NCBI RefSeq assembly: GCF_001677475.2 | Contig: NZ_CP015229.1 | Source of the DNA: Escherichia coli | GTDB lineage: Bacteria; Pseudomonadota; Gammaproteobacteria; Enterobacterales; Enterobacteriaceae | DNA: 64,000 nucleotides | Strand: one strand, 5' to 3' | Part shown: positions 11,981-22,940 of the stretch, one piece after another | Layout: every line of letters starts with the position of its first letter | Position numbering within the stretch: the stretch's first letter is position 1 | Program-made: the position numbers and the translations under genes | Notes under the pieces: model-generated | The model's input: only the letters and a program-made list of their open reading frames with translations | Told to the model about the DNA's origin: nothing | The model's database searches: none

Positions 11981-13387
11981 ATGAAAAAATACCAGCAGCT
12001 TGCAGAACAATTACGCGAGCAGATTGCGTCGGGTATCTGGCAACCCGGCGATCGTTTGCCTTCGTTGCGTGACCAGGTGGCGCTTTCTGGCATGAGCTTT
12101 ATGACTGTCAGCCATGCCTATCAGTTGCTCGAAAGTCAGGGATATATTATCGCGCGACCGCAGTCGGGTTATTACGTTGCGCCACAGGCAATAAAAATGC
12201 CGAAAGCGCCAGTCATTCCAGTCACTCGAGATGAAGCAGTCGATATCAACACCTATATTTTTGATATGTTGCAGGCCAGTCGCGATCCGTCGGTCGTTCC
12301 GTTTGCCTCGGCCTTTCCCGACCCGCGACTTTTCCCCCTCCAACAACTCAACCGCTCGCTGGCGCAGGTAAGCAAAACCGCCACGGCGATGAGCGTGATT
12401 GAAAATTTACCGCCAGGAAACGCAGAACTGCGTCAGGCTATTGCTCGTCGCTATGCCTTACAGGGCATCACTATTTCTCCTGATGAAATTGTCATTACCG
12501 CCGGGGCGTTAGAGGCATTAAACCTCAGTTTACAAGCGGTAACGGAACCAGGCGATTGGGTGATAGTAGAGAATCCTTGTTTCTACGGCGCGTTGCAGGC
12601 GCTGGAGCGGTTACGGCTGAAGGCGTTATCGGTGGCGACGGACGTTAACGAAGGGATTGATCTCAAGGCGCTGGAACTGGCGTTGCAGGAGTATCCGGTG
12701 AAAGCGTGCTGGCTGATGACTAATAGCCAGAATCCACTCGGATTTACCTTGACGCCGCAGAAAAAAGCGAGGCTGGTAGCGTTGCTCAATCAGTACAACG
12801 TAACGCTGATTGAAGATGATGTTTACAGCGAACTTTATTTTGGACGGGAAAAACCGCTGCCTGCGAAAGCGTGGGATCGCCACGATGGCGTTTTGCATTG
12901 CTCTTCGTTTTCGAAATGTCTGGTGCCTGGTTTTCGTATTGGTTGGGTCGCCGCCGGAAAACATGCACGTAAAATTCAACGCTTGCAGTTGATGAGTACG
13001 CTTTCCACCAGCTCACCGATGCAGCTTGCGCTGGTGGATTACCTTTCCACGCGCCGATACGACGCCCATCTTCGTCGCCTGCGTCGCCAGCTTGCGGAAC
13101 GTAAACAACGTGCCTGGCAGGCACTGCTGCGTTATCTGCCTGCGGAAGTTAAAATTCATCATAATGACAGCGGTTATTTTCTCTGGCTGGAGCTCCCCGA
13201 GCCGTTAGATGCCGGCGAATTAAGCCTGGCGGCACTGACGCATCATATCAGTATTGCGCCGGGTAAAATGTTTTCTACCGGTGAAAACTGGTCACGTTTT
13301 TTTCGTTTTAATACCGCGTGGCAGTGGGGAGAACGTGAAGAACAGGCGGTAAAACAATTAGGCAAACTTATTCAAGAACGGCTGTAA
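11981..13387 (+). CDS. ydcR: MocR/GntR-family regulator with aminotransferase-like domain, YdcR
   Basis: 468 aa; N-terminal wHTH and large PLP-fold C-terminal domain. Confidence 0.88.
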   Translation: MKKYQQLAEQLREQIASGIWQPGDRLPSLRDQVALSGMSFMTVSHAYQLLESQGYIIARPQSGYYVAPQAIKMPKAPVIPVTRDEAVDINTYIFDMLQASRDPSVVPFASAFPDPRLFPLQQLNRSLAQVSKTATAMSVIENLPPGNAELRQAIARRYALQGITISPDEIVITAGALEALNLSLQAVTEPGDWVIVENPCFYGALQALERLRLKALSVATDVNEGIDLKALELALQEYPVKACWLMTNSQNPLGFTLTPQKKARLVALLNQYNVTLIEDDVYSELYFGREKPLPAKAWDRHDGVLHCSSFSKCLVPGFRIGWVAAGKHARKIQRLQLMSTLSTSSPMQLALVDYLSTRRYDAHLRRLRRQLAERKQRAWQALLRYLPAEVKIHHNDSGYFLWLELPEPLDAGELSLAALTHHISIAPGKMFSTGENWSRFFRFNTAWQWGEREEQAVKQLGKLIQERL

Positions 13388-13631
13388 TAGCGTTTAATTT
13401 AATTCCTCTTAGATTAGGTAATATGAATTTCGAATAGCAGTCATATTTCCTAACTCCTTGTCTATACTCCAGAAGATAACCTTACAGACGGCATAATGCG
13501 CGGTAGCTCACAACCTGATTAAATTTTCTCAGGGGCGAAGGTGTGCCTGCTAGCCGCCGTCTATGGTTAAACAAGGAGATATTTTTACGGCACGGCGGCT
13601 GAACAATTAATTACGACAGGAGTAAGACTTT

Positions 13632-14777
13632 ATGAGCAAGACATTTGCCCGCAGCAGCCTGTGTGCGCTCACCATGACAATAATGACCGCTCACGCCGCC
13701 GAACCGCCTACCAATTTAGATAAACCGGAAGGGCGACTGGATATTATCGCCTGGCCGGGATACATCGAACGCGGACAAACTGATAAACAATACGACTGGG
13801 TAACGCAGTTCGAAAAAGAGACAGGCTGCGCGGTGAATGTTAAAACCGCCGCGACTTCCGATGAAATGGTCAGTCTGATGGCCAAAGGGGGTTACGATCT
13901 GGTTACGGCATCCGGCGATGCCTCGCTGCGTTTGATTATGGGCAAACGCGTGCAGCCGATTAATACCGCCTTGATTCCCAACTGGAAAACGCTCGATCCG
14001 CGCGTGGTTAAAGGCGACTGGTTTAACGTTGGCGGCAAAGTTTACGGCACACCTTACCAATGGGGGCCGAACCTGCTGATGTACAACACTAAAACCTTCC
14101 CGACGCCGCCGGATAGCTGGCAAGTGGTTTTTGTTGAGCAAAATCTGCAGGACGGCAAGAGCAATAAAGGCCGCGTTCAGGCTTATGATGGCCCTATCTA
14201 CATTGCGGACGCTGCGTTGTTCGTTAAAGCCACTCAGCCGCAGTTGGGCATCAGCGATCCGTATCAACTCACCGAAGAACAGTATCAGGCGGTGCTGAAA
14301 GTGCTGCGCGATCAACATAGTTTGATCCATCGCTACTGGCATGACACTACCGTGCAAATGAGCGATTTCAAAAACGAGGGTGTGGTCGCTTCCAGTGCCT
14401 GGCCCTATCAGGCCAACGCCTTGAAAGCCGAAGGTCAGCCTGTCGCTACCGTTTTCCCGAAGGAGGGCGTTACCGGTTGGGCTGACACCACTATGCTACA
14501 TAGCGAAGCGAAACATCCGATTTGCGCCTACAAATGGATGAACTGGTCATTAACGCCAAAAGTGCAGGGCGATGTGGCGGCCTGGTTTGGTTCGTTACCA
14601 GTCGTGCCGGAAGGGTGTAAAGCCAGTTCGTTATTAGGCGAGAAAGGTTGTGAAACAAACGGTTTTAACTATTTCGATAAAATAGCCTTCTGGAAAACGC
14701 CTATAGCAGAAGGGGGCAAGTTTGTTCCCTACAGTCGCTGGACGCAGGATTACATTGCCATTATGGGCGGTCGCTAA
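13632..14777 (+). CDS. ydcS: ABC transporter periplasmic substrate-binding protein YdcS
   Basis: 381 aa with signal peptide; first gene of ydcSTUV-patD cluster. Confidence 0.9.
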   Translation: MSKTFARSSLCALTMTIMTAHAAEPPTNLDKPEGRLDIIAWPGYIERGQTDKQYDWVTQFEKETGCAVNVKTAATSDEMVSLMAKGGYDLVTASGDASLRLIMGKRVQPINTALIPNWKTLDPRVVKGDWFNVGGKVYGTPYQWGPNLLMYNTKTFPTPPDSWQVVFVEQNLQDGKSNKGRVQAYDGPIYIADAALFVKATQPQLGISDPYQLTEEQYQAVLKVLRDQHSLIHRYWHDTTVQMSDFKNEGVVASSAWPYQANALKAEGQPVATVFPKEGVTGWADTTMLHSEAKHPICAYKWMNWSLTPKVQGDVAAWFGSLPVVPEGCKASSLLGEKGCETNGFNYFDKIAFWKTPIAEGGKFVPYSRWTQDYIAIMGGR

Positions 14778-14794
14778 CTTCGCTGGGGTGCTTT

Positions 14795-15808
14795 ATGACG
14801 TACGCAGTGGAGTTTGACAACGTCTCGCGGTTGTACGGTGACGTGCGCGCAGTAGATGGCGTCAGTATTGCGATAAAAGATGGTGAGTTCTTCTCTATGC
14901 TGGGGCCGTCCGGCTCCGGCAAAACCACCTGCCTGCGCCTGATTGCTGGATTCGAACAGCTTTCCGGCGGGGCTATCTCTATCTTTGGTAAACCCGCCAG
15001 CAATCTGCCACCGTGGGAGCGGGATGTTAATACCGTTTTCCAGGACTATGCGCTGTTTCCCCATATGTCGATTCTCGATAACGTGGCCTACGGGTTAATG
15101 GTCAAAGGTGTGGAGAAAAAAAAGCGTTACATCATGGCGCAAGAGGCGCTGGAAAAAGTGGCGCTGGGTTTTGTTCAGCAACGTAAACCGTCACAACTTT
15201 CTGGTGGTCAGCGCCAGCGGGTTGCTATCGCCAGAGCATTAGTAAATGAACCGCGCGTATTATTGCTGGATGAACCACTCGGCGCGCTGGATCTCAAGTT
15301 GCGTGAGCAGATGCAGCTGGAACTGAAAAAGCTGCAACAGTCTCTCGGTATCACTTTTATCTTCGTTACCCACGATCAGGGCGAAGCGTTATCGATGTCC
15401 AATCGTGTGGCGGTTTTCAATAATGGACGCATTGAGCAGGTCGATTCCCCGCGCGATCTCTATATGCGCCCGCGCACGCCGTTTGTTGCCGGGTTCGTTG
15501 GTACATCGAATGTTTTTGATGGACTGATGGCAGAGAAACTTTGTGGCATGACGGGAAGCTTCGCCCTGCGACCGGAACATATCCGCCTCAACACCCCTGG
15601 TGAACTGCAGGCCAATGGCACGATCCAGGCGGTGCAATATCAGGGCGCGGCGACCCGTTTTGAACTGACACTGAGCGGCGGTGAAAAACTGCTGGTTAGT
15701 CAGGCCAATATGACGGGGGAAGAACTCCCCGCTACGCTTACTCCAGGGCAACAAGTGATGGTTTCCTGGGCGCGCGATGTGATGGTGCCACTGGTTGAGG
15801 AGAGGTGA
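14795..15808 (+). CDS. ydcT: ABC transporter ATP-binding protein YdcT
   Basis: 337 aa; Walker A GPSGSGKTT and ABC signature LSGGQRQR. Confidence 0.9.
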   Translation: MTYAVEFDNVSRLYGDVRAVDGVSIAIKDGEFFSMLGPSGSGKTTCLRLIAGFEQLSGGAISIFGKPASNLPPWERDVNTVFQDYALFPHMSILDNVAYGLMVKGVEKKKRYIMAQEALEKVALGFVQQRKPSQLSGGQRQRVAIARALVNEPRVLLLDEPLGALDLKLREQMQLELKKLQQSLGITFIFVTHDQGEALSMSNRVAVFNNGRIEQVDSPRDLYMRPRTPFVAGFVGTSNVFDGLMAEKLCGMTGSFALRPEHIRLNTPGELQANGTIQAVQYQGAATRFELTLSGGEKLLVSQANMTGEELPATLTPGQQVMVSWARDVMVPLVEER

Positions 15809-16750
15809 ATGGCGATGAACGTATTGCAATCACCTTCACGTCCGGGTGTTGGGAAAATATCAGGTTTTTTCTGGCGGAATCCGGGGCTGGGGCTGTTTTT
15901 GCTGCTGCTTGGCCCGCTAATGTGGTTTGGCATTGTCTATTTCGGCTCGCTGCTGACACTGTTATGGCAGGGATTTTATACCTTTGACGATTTCACCATG
16001 TCGGTAACGCCGGAACTGACGCTGGCGAATATCCGTGCGCTGTTTAATCCGGCGAATTACGACATCATTCTCCGCACGCTGACTATGGCTGTGGCAGTCA
16101 CTATCGCCAGCGCCATTCTGGCTTTTCCAATGGCGTGGTATATGGCGCGCTATACCAGCGGGAAAATGAAAGCGTTTTTTTATATTGCGGTAATGTTGCC
16201 GATGTGGGCGAGCTACATTGTTAAAGCCTATGCCTGGACGTTATTGCTGGCAAAAGATGGCGTGGCTCAGTGGTTTTTACAACATCTTGGGCTGGAACCA
16301 CTGCTGACTGCGTTCCTTACATTACCTGCGGTGGGCGGCAATACGCTGTCAACTTCCGGGCTGGGGCGCTTTCTGGTGTTTCTCTATATCTGGCTGCCGT
16401 TCATGATCCTGCCCGTGCAGGCGGCGCTTGAGCGTTTGCCGCCGTCATTGTTGCAGGCGTCAGCTGATCTCGGCGCACGTCCACGACAAACCTTTCGCTA
16501 TGTGGTGCTGCCGCTGGCGATCCCGGGTATTGCCGCTGGCTCTATCTTTACCTTCTCACTCACACTGGGCGATTTTATCGTCCCGCAGCTGGTTGGCCCG
16601 CCAGGATATTTTATCGGCAATATGGTTTATTCCCAGCAGGGGGCGATTGGCAATATGCCGATGGCGGCGGCATTCACCCTGGTGCCGATTGTTCTCATCG
16701 CACTGTACCTGGCGTTCGTGAAACGTCTGGGAGCGTTCGATGCACTCTGA
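15809..16750 (+). CDS. ydcU: ABC transporter permease YdcU
   Basis: 313 aa polytopic membrane protein; operon position. Confidence 0.88.
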   Translation: MAMNVLQSPSRPGVGKISGFFWRNPGLGLFLLLLGPLMWFGIVYFGSLLTLLWQGFYTFDDFTMSVTPELTLANIRALFNPANYDIILRTLTMAVAVTIASAILAFPMAWYMARYTSGKMKAFFYIAVMLPMWASYIVKAYAWTLLLAKDGVAQWFLQHLGLEPLLTAFLTLPAVGGNTLSTSGLGRFLVFLYIWLPFMILPVQAALERLPPSLLQASADLGARPRQTFRYVVLPLAIPGIAAGSIFTFSLTLGDFIVPQLVGPPGYFIGNMVYSQQGAIGNMPMAAAFTLVPIVLIALYLAFVKRLGAFDAL

Positions 16751-17534
16751 ACGCGCACCGTTTTTCCTCAAACTGGCGGCCTGGGGCGGCGTTGTTTTCC
16801 TACATTTTCCCATCCTGATAATCGCCGCCTATGCGTTTAACACTGAAGATGCGGCGTTTAGTTTTCCACCGCAGGGCCTGACGCTGCGCTGGTTTAGCGT
16901 GGCAGCACAGCGTAGTGATATTCTTGATGCCGTGACACTGTCACTTAAAGTGGCGGCGCTGGCGACATTAATGGCGCTGGTGTTAGGGACGCTGGCAGCT
17001 GCCGCGCTGTGGCGACGAGACTTTTTCGGCAAAAACGCCATTTCGCTGTTACTGCTGCTGCCCATTGCGCTGCCGGGCATTGTCACTGGTCTGGCGTTAT
17101 TAACCGCCTTTAAAACCATCAATCTGGAGCCGGGATTTTTCACCATCGTGGTCGGTCATGCGACTTTTTGTGTAGTTGTGGTGTTTAACAATGTCATCGC
17201 CCGTTTTCGCCGCACCTCGTGGAGTCTGGTTGAGGCGTCAATGGATCTTGGGGCCAATGGCTGGCAAACCTTCCGCTACGTAGTGTTGCCGAATCTTAGT
17301 TCGGCGTTACTGGCAGGAGGAATGCTGGCGTTTGCCTTGTCGTTCGATGAAATCATCGTTACGACTTTTACGGCAGGTCATGAACGAACGTTACCGTTGT
17401 GGTTGCTCAATCAGCTTGGGCGACCGCGTGATGTACCGGTAACCAACGTGGTGGCACTGCTGGTTATGTTGGTAACAACCTTGCCGATCCTGGGGGCCTG
17501 GTGGCTAACCCGCGAAGGCGACAATGGTCAATAA
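16740..17534 (+). CDS. ydcV: ABC transporter permease YdcV
   Basis: 264 aa polytopic membrane protein; overlaps ydcU stop. Confidence 0.88.
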   Translation: MHSERAPFFLKLAAWGGVVFLHFPILIIAAYAFNTEDAAFSFPPQGLTLRWFSVAAQRSDILDAVTLSLKVAALATLMALVLGTLAAAALWRRDFFGKNAISLLLLLPIALPGIVTGLALLTAFKTINLEPGFFTIVVGHATFCVVVVFNNVIARFRRTSWSLVEASMDLGANGWQTFRYVVLPNLSSALLAGGMLAFALSFDEIIVTTFTAGHERTLPLWLLNQLGRPRDVPVTNVVALLVMLVTTLPILGAWWLTREGDNGQ

Positions 17535-17555
17535 CCACTGATACAGGAATATGCT

Positions 17556-18980
17556 ATGCAACATAAGTTACTGATTAACGGAGAACTGGTCAGCGGCGAA
17601 GGGGAAAAACAGCCTGTCTATAATCCGGCAACGGGGGACGTTTTACTGGAGATTGCCGAGGCATCCGCAGAGCAGGTCGATGCTGCTGTGCGCGCGGCAG
17701 ATGCAGCATTTGCCGAATGGGGGCAAACCACGCCGAAAGTGCGTGCGGAATGCCTGCTGAAACTGGCTGATGTTATCGAAGAAAATGGTCAGGTTTTTGC
17801 CGAACTGGAGTCCCGTAATTGTGGCAAACCGCTGCATAGTGCGTTCAATGATGAAATTCCGGCGATTGTCGATGTCTTTCGCTTTTTCGCCGGAGCAGCT
17901 CGCTGCCTGCATGGTCTGGCGGCAGGTGAATATCTTGAAGGTCATACTTCGATGATCCGTCGCGATCCGTTGGGGGTCGTGGCTTCTATCGCACCGTGGA
18001 ATTATCCGCTGATGATGGCTGCGTGGAAACTGGCTCCGGCGCTGGCGGCAGGGAACTGCGTAGTGCTCAAACCATCAGAAATTACCCCGCTGACCGCGTT
18101 GAAGTTGGCAGAGCTGGCGAAAGATATCTTCCCGGCAGGCGTGATTAACGTACTGTTTGGCAGAGGCAAAACGGTGGGAGATCCGCTGACCGGACATCCC
18201 AAAGTGCGGATGGTGTCGCTGACGGGCTCTATCGCCACTGGCGAGCACATCATCAGCCATACCGCGCCGTCCATAAAGCGTACTCATATGGAACTTGGAG
18301 GCAAAGCGCCAGTGATAGTTTTTGATGATGCGGATATTGAAGCGGTGGTCGAAGGTGTACGTACTTTTGGCTATTACAATGCCGGACAGGATTGTACAGC
18401 GGCTTGTCGGATCTATGCGCAAAAAGCCATTTACGATACGCTGGTGGAAAAACTTGGTGCTGCAGTGGCAACGTTAAAATCGGGTGCACCGGATGACGAG
18501 TCTACGGAGCTTGGACCTTTAAGCTCGCTGGCGCATCTCGAACGCGTCAGCAAAGCGGTAGAAGAGGCGAAAGCGACAGGGCACATCAAAGTGATCACTG
18601 GCGGTGAAAAGCGCAAGGGTAATGGCTATTACTATGCGCCGACGCTACTGGCTGGCGCATTACAGGACGATGCCATCGTGCAAAAAGAGGTATTTGGTCC
18701 GGTAGTGAGTGTTACCCTCTTCGACAACGAAGAACAGGTGGTGAACTGGGCAAATGACAGCCAGTACGGACTTGCATCCTCGGTATGGACGAAAGATGTG
18801 GGCAGGGCGCATCGCGTCAGCTCGCGGCTGCAATATGGTTGTACCTGGGTCAATACCCATTTCATGCTGGTAAGTGAAATGCCGCACGGTGGGCAGAAAC
18901 TTTCTGGTTACGGCAAGGATATGTCACTTTATGGGCTGGAGGATTACACCGTCGTCCGCCACGTCATGGTTAAACATTAA
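17556..18980 (+). CDS. patD: Gamma-aminobutyraldehyde dehydrogenase (aldehyde dehydrogenase family)
   Basis: 474 aa; aldehyde dehydrogenase motifs ELGGKAP and catalytic cysteine region; K-12 synteny. Confidence 0.92.
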   Translation: MQHKLLINGELVSGEGEKQPVYNPATGDVLLEIAEASAEQVDAAVRAADAAFAEWGQTTPKVRAECLLKLADVIEENGQVFAELESRNCGKPLHSAFNDEIPAIVDVFRFFAGAARCLHGLAAGEYLEGHTSMIRRDPLGVVASIAPWNYPLMMAAWKLAPALAAGNCVVLKPSEITPLTALKLAELAKDIFPAGVINVLFGRGKTVGDPLTGHPKVRMVSLTGSIATGEHIISHTAPSIKRTHMELGGKAPVIVFDDADIEAVVEGVRTFGYYNAGQDCTAACRIYAQKAIYDTLVEKLGAAVATLKSGAPDDESTELGPLSSLAHLERVSKAVEEAKATGHIKVITGGEKRKGNGYYYAPTLLAGALQDDAIVQKEVFGPVVSVTLFDNEEQVVNWANDSQYGLASSVWTKDVGRAHRVSSRLQYGCTWVNTHFMLVSEMPHGGQKLSGYGKDMSLYGLEDYTVVRHVMVKH

Positions 18981-19076
18981 GGATAATATTGCAGATCGTA
19001 AGAGTATGAGAAGATCTTGCGTACTGTCAGAGAGTTGATTTCTCTGACAGTACGTGTTGCGTGCAAAATCACTACA

Positions 19077-19172
19077 TCAAATAAACCAGCCAAATCTCAT
19101 AGAGATAAGAGTAAACAAACCAACAGCAGCAAAGACATTTATCAGTACTACAGTTCTACTGGAAACATTCAT
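19077..19172 (-). CDS. yncL: Small membrane protein YncL
   Basis: 31-aa ORF read from the reverse strand (MNVSSRTVVLINVFAAVGLFTLISMRFGWFI); single hydrophobic helix; absent from ORF track (too short). Confidence 0.7.
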   Translation of the reverse strand: MNVSSRTVVLINVFAAVGLFTLISMRFGWFI

Positions 19173-19366
19173 TTTTGCCACCTTTTATCATTGCCCCTAT
19201 GTGTATAGTACGGGTTAAGAAAATCCGCAATAATACTCATTCTGAAGATGGATAAGGGCAAGTTGCTGTTTGATGATTTTTTCTCAAACCGGTTAAAAAA
19301 CTTGATGTACATCAAAAAATGACGCATATTTGCGCGCGTTTTATTCATCTGGCTGGACGCCCGTAC

Positions 19367-19540
19367 ATGTCTTTCTATCAACACATGCTTGTTTTTTATG
19401 CGGTTATGGCAGCAATCGCATTTCTTATCACCTGGTTTCTTTCTCACGATAAGAAACGCATCCGTTTCTTAAGCGCCTTTCTGGTGGGGGCAACATGGCC
19501 GATGAGTTTCCCGGTGGCGCTGTTGTTTTCACTGTTTTAA
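19367..19540 (+). CDS. ortT: Orphan toxin OrtT (YdcX), small membrane protein
   Basis: 57 aa from ATG 19367 (MSFYQHMLVFYAVMAAIAFLITWF...); the track ORF has a 16-codon extension. Confidence 0.8.
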   Translation: MSFYQHMLVFYAVMAAIAFLITWFLSHDKKRIRFLSAFLVGATWPMSFPVALLFSLF

Positions 19541-19625
19541 ATCTTATGCATTGGCTTGACGGCACCACGCAGACTTATATCATTTGGATGAATCGATAAA
19601 TTTCACAAGTGGCTAAGGAGAAAGT

Positions 19626-19859
19626 ATGTCGCATCTGGATGAAGTCATCGCGCGCGTGGATGCCGCGATTGAAGAGAGCGTCATTGCCCATATGAACGAA
19701 TTATTAATCGCCCTGAGCGATGACGCGGAGTTAAGTCGGGAAGATCGCTACACCCAGCAGCAGCGTTTGCGCACCGCTATTGCTCATCACGGTCGCAAGC
19801 ATAAAGAAGATATGGAAGCGCGCCACGAACAGTTAACCAAAGGCGGCACCATCCTCTGA
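19626..19859 (+). CDS. ydcY: Small protein YdcY
   Basis: 77 aa; K-12 synteny. Confidence 0.8.
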   Translation: MSHLDEVIARVDAAIEESVIAHMNELLIALSDDAELSREDRYTQQQRLRTAIAHHGRKHKEDMEARHEQLTKGGTIL

Positions 19860-20309
19860 TTAAAATGAGCGTCTGGCCACCAACCAGGCGCCAACCACAA
19901 GTAAAATTGCGCCACAAATTGGTCCGAACAACGCCCGTAGTGGTACGCCATGACTGCGGAAGATATCCAGAACCAGACCGCCAATCAGCTGGCTGGCGAC
20001 CAGTACTGCAATAGTTGTCGCCGCTCCCACATTCTGATATCCGCTGATACTAGCGAAGACAAAAAACGAACCCAGCAAGCCAGGTATAAGTGTCCACCAG
20101 CGCACGCTGGACACCAGTTCGCCAAACCCCGCCATGCCTTGTTTAAACCATAAAATAGAAACAAAGAGCACAATCCCCACCAGTGAGTTCAGCAACATGG
20201 CGATGAGAATGGTAGAGGAGGTCTGGGTGATGCGCACCATAAGCGTGTTCTGGATTACCAGACCAATTCCGGCGGCAATCAAAAAAGCAAGGGTGAGCGA
20301 CTGATTCAT
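19860..20309 (-). CDS. ydcZ: DMT-superfamily inner membrane protein YdcZ
   Basis: 149 aa, four hydrophobic segments. Confidence 0.8.
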   Translation of the reverse strand: MNQSLTLAFLIAAGIGLVIQNTLMVRITQTSSTILIAMLLNSLVGIVLFVSILWFKQGMAGFGELVSSVRWWTLIPGLLGSFFVFASISGYQNVGAATTIAVLVASQLIGGLVLDIFRSHGVPLRALFGPICGAILLVVGAWLVARRSF

Positions 20310-20824
20310 CCAATCGTGTCCGGTTCAGTGCGCTCGTCGAGTTGCAACTGCATAAATGTCAGATCCAGCCAACGACCAAATTTAGTGCCTACCTGCGGCA
20401 TTTGTGCGGTGACGACAAATCCCAGCGACTGGTGCAGATGCAGCGAGGCCTGATTTTGCGATTCGATCCCGGCGATCATGACATGCTTCCCGCAATCTCG
20501 CGCTTCATCAATCAATCGGCTTAACAATTTACGCCCCAGGCCTTTGCCCTGATGATCGGGATGGACATAAACCGAATGCTCCACGGTATGGCGAAAACCA
20601 TCGAAACTACGCCAGTCGCCAAATGAGGCATATCCCGTCACTACGCCATCTTCTTCACTTACCAGCACCGGATAACCTGCTATGGTCCGCGCTTCAAACC
20701 AGGCAATGCGGTTATCTGCATCCACCGTTTGGTCATTCCAGATAGCCGCCGTATACAACACGGCGTGGTTATAAATTTCCGCAATGGCAGCACAGTCGGC
20801 TTTGCGGGCAAAACGGATGGACAT
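20306..20824 (-). CDS. mnaT: L-amino acid N-acyltransferase MnaT (GNAT)
   Basis: 172 aa from ATG (complement of 20822-20824); GNAT motif QGKGLGRKLL; track ORF extension rejected. Confidence 0.88.
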   Translation of the reverse strand: MSIRFARKADCAAIAEIYNHAVLYTAAIWNDQTVDADNRIAWFEARTIAGYPVLVSEEDGVVTGYASFGDWRSFDGFRHTVEHSVYVHPDHQGKGLGRKLLSRLIDEARDCGKHVMIAGIESQNQASLHLHQSLGFVVTAQMPQVGTKFGRWLDLTFMQLQLDERTEPDTIG

Positions 20825-21004
20825 GTCTGGCCTCAATAAAATAATGATGATGATGTTATCAATACTATCGAAAACAGCCCGAAGCAACGGATTCCTCGAT
20901 GAAATTATTGCGTGTTGCAGAGGGGATGTGACGGCTACAAACAAAACCAATCCCGTGAGCCTGCTACTATTGATGGATTCATGCCAAAAGCACAGGAGAG
21001 CATT

Positions 21005-22042
21005 ATGGGGCAACAAAAGCAGCGTAATCGACGTTGGGTTCTGGCCTCGCGTCCACATGGCGCACCGGTTCCGGAGAATTTCCGTCTTGAAGAAGATGAT
21101 GTCGCCACACCGGGTGAAGGACAGGTGTTACTGCGCACAGTTTATTTGTCCCTGGACCCGTATATGCGTGGACGTATGAGCGATGAGCCATCTTATTCAC
21201 CGCCGGTTGATATTGGCGGCGTGATGGTCGGCGGTACGGTGAGCCGTGTCGTGGAGTCGAATCATCCTGATTATCAGCCTGGCGACTGGGTGCTGGGCTA
21301 CAGTGGATGGCAGGACTATGACATATCCAGTGGTGATGATCTGATGAAACTTGGCGATCATCCGCAAAATCCATCGTGGTCGCTGGGTGTGCTGGGGATG
21401 CCAGGCTTTACCGCTTATATGGGGCTGCTGGATATCGGTCAACCTAAAGAGGGCGAAACATTGGTGGTTGCTGCGGCAACCGGCCCAGTGGGAGCAACGG
21501 TGGGGCAAATCGGCAAACTTAAAGGTTGCAGGGTGGTGGGTGTTGCCGGTGGCGCGGAAAAATGCCGCCATGCTACCGAGGTGTTAGGCTTTGATGTTTG
21601 TCTTGACCATCACGCGGATGATTTTGCCGAACAACTGGCGAAAGCGTGCCCAAAAGGTATTGATATCTATTATGAAAACGTGGGCGGTAAGGTATTCGAT
21701 GCGGTGCTACCGTTACTTAATACATCTGCGCGCATTCCCGTTTGTGGCTTAGTGAGCAGCTATAACGCTACAGAGCTACCACCCGGTCCGGATCGATTAC
21801 CTTTGTTGATGGCTACGGTGCTGAAAAAACGTATTCGCTTGCAAGGATTTATTATCGCTCAGGATTATGGTCACCGCATCCATGAGTTTCAGAAGGAGAT
21901 GGGGCAATGGGTGAAAGAGGATAAAATCCACTACCGCGAAGAAATTACTGACGGTTTAGAGAATGCGCCACAGACGTTTATCGGCCTTCTGAAGGGTAAA
22001 AACTTCGGCAAAGTGGTGATCCGCGTGGCGGATGATGATTAA
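21005..22042 (+). CDS. curA: NADPH-dependent curcumin/dihydrocurcumin reductase (MDR family)
   Basis: 345 aa from ATG 21005 with GGAGAG Shine-Dalgarno; Rossmann motif AAATGPVGATVGQ. Confidence 0.9.
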   Translation: MGQQKQRNRRWVLASRPHGAPVPENFRLEEDDVATPGEGQVLLRTVYLSLDPYMRGRMSDEPSYSPPVDIGGVMVGGTVSRVVESNHPDYQPGDWVLGYSGWQDYDISSGDDLMKLGDHPQNPSWSLGVLGMPGFTAYMGLLDIGQPKEGETLVVAAATGPVGATVGQIGKLKGCRVVGVAGGAEKCRHATEVLGFDVCLDHHADDFAEQLAKACPKGIDIYYENVGGKVFDAVLPLLNTSARIPVCGLVSSYNATELPPGPDRLPLLMATVLKKRIRLQGFIIAQDYGHRIHEFQKEMGQWVKEDKIHYREEITDGLENAPQTFIGLLKGKNFGKVVIRVADDD

Positions 22043-22239
22043 AGTTTCAACGGCGGCGTAAGCCGCCATAAAAATCCAGGCAAAAAGCTTATTTTCAGCT
22101 TTAATTAACTAACCACGTCATTGTTCTGCTGCTAATAACAACAAAGGTGAGTGGTTTATGATTATTCACTTTAATACACCAGGTGAACTCCTTCTGCCAT
22201 GCAGGCAGGGTTGGGCAGAAAACACGCGAAGGAATTAAA

Positions 22240-22905
22240 ATGCCTGGAACGGGAAAAATGAAACATGTCAGTTTGACTCTGCAGGTTGAGAACGACCTGA
22301 AACATCAGCTTAGTATTGGCGCATTAAAACCTGGCGCACGCCTGATTACTAAAAATCTGGCGGAGCAATTAGGTATGAGTATTACACCTGTGCGTGAAGC
22401 ATTATTACGTCTGGTTTCGGTGAATGCGCTTTCTGTCGCACCAGCGCAAGCATTTACAGTTCCGGAAGTGGGAAAACGTCAATTAGACGAAATCAATCGG
22501 ATCCGCTATGAACTGGAATTAATGGCAGTTACTCTGGCTGTTGAACACCTCACCCCGCAAGACCTGGCGGAACTCCAGGTATTACTCGAGAAATTACAGC
22601 AGGCGCAAGAAAAGGGCGACATGGAACAAATCATTAATGCGAACAGGCTATTTCGCTTAGCGATTTATCATCGCTCAAATATGCCCATCCTGTGTGAGAT
22701 GATTGAGCAACTGTGGGTCAGGATGGGACCTGGTTTACATTATCTTTATGAAGCGATTAATCCAGCGGAATTACGGGAGCGTATAGAAAACTATCATCTA
22801 TTACTCGCCGCGTTAAAAGCAAAAGACAAAGAGGGATGCAGGCATTGTCTTGCTGAAATTATGCAACAAAATATTGCTATTTTATACCAGCAATACAATC
22901 GTTAA
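22240..22905 (+). CDS. mcbR: GntR/FadR-family transcriptional regulator McbR
   Basis: 221 aa from ATG 22240; N-terminal wHTH; K-12 synteny. Confidence 0.88.
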   Translation: MPGTGKMKHVSLTLQVENDLKHQLSIGALKPGARLITKNLAEQLGMSITPVREALLRLVSVNALSVAPAQAFTVPEVGKRQLDEINRIRYELELMAVTLAVEHLTPQDLAELQVLLEKLQQAQEKGDMEQIINANRLFRLAIYHRSNMPILCEMIEQLWVRMGPGLHYLYEAINPAELRERIENYHLLLAALKAKDKEGCRHCLAEIMQQNIAILYQQYNR

Positions 22906-22940
22906 ATTAAATGCCCGGCAAATACCGGGCATCAAGGTAA

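Noticed and set aside
13716-14357. 213-aa minus-strand ORF inside ydcS
   Set aside because: Antisense to a conserved substrate-binding protein gene.
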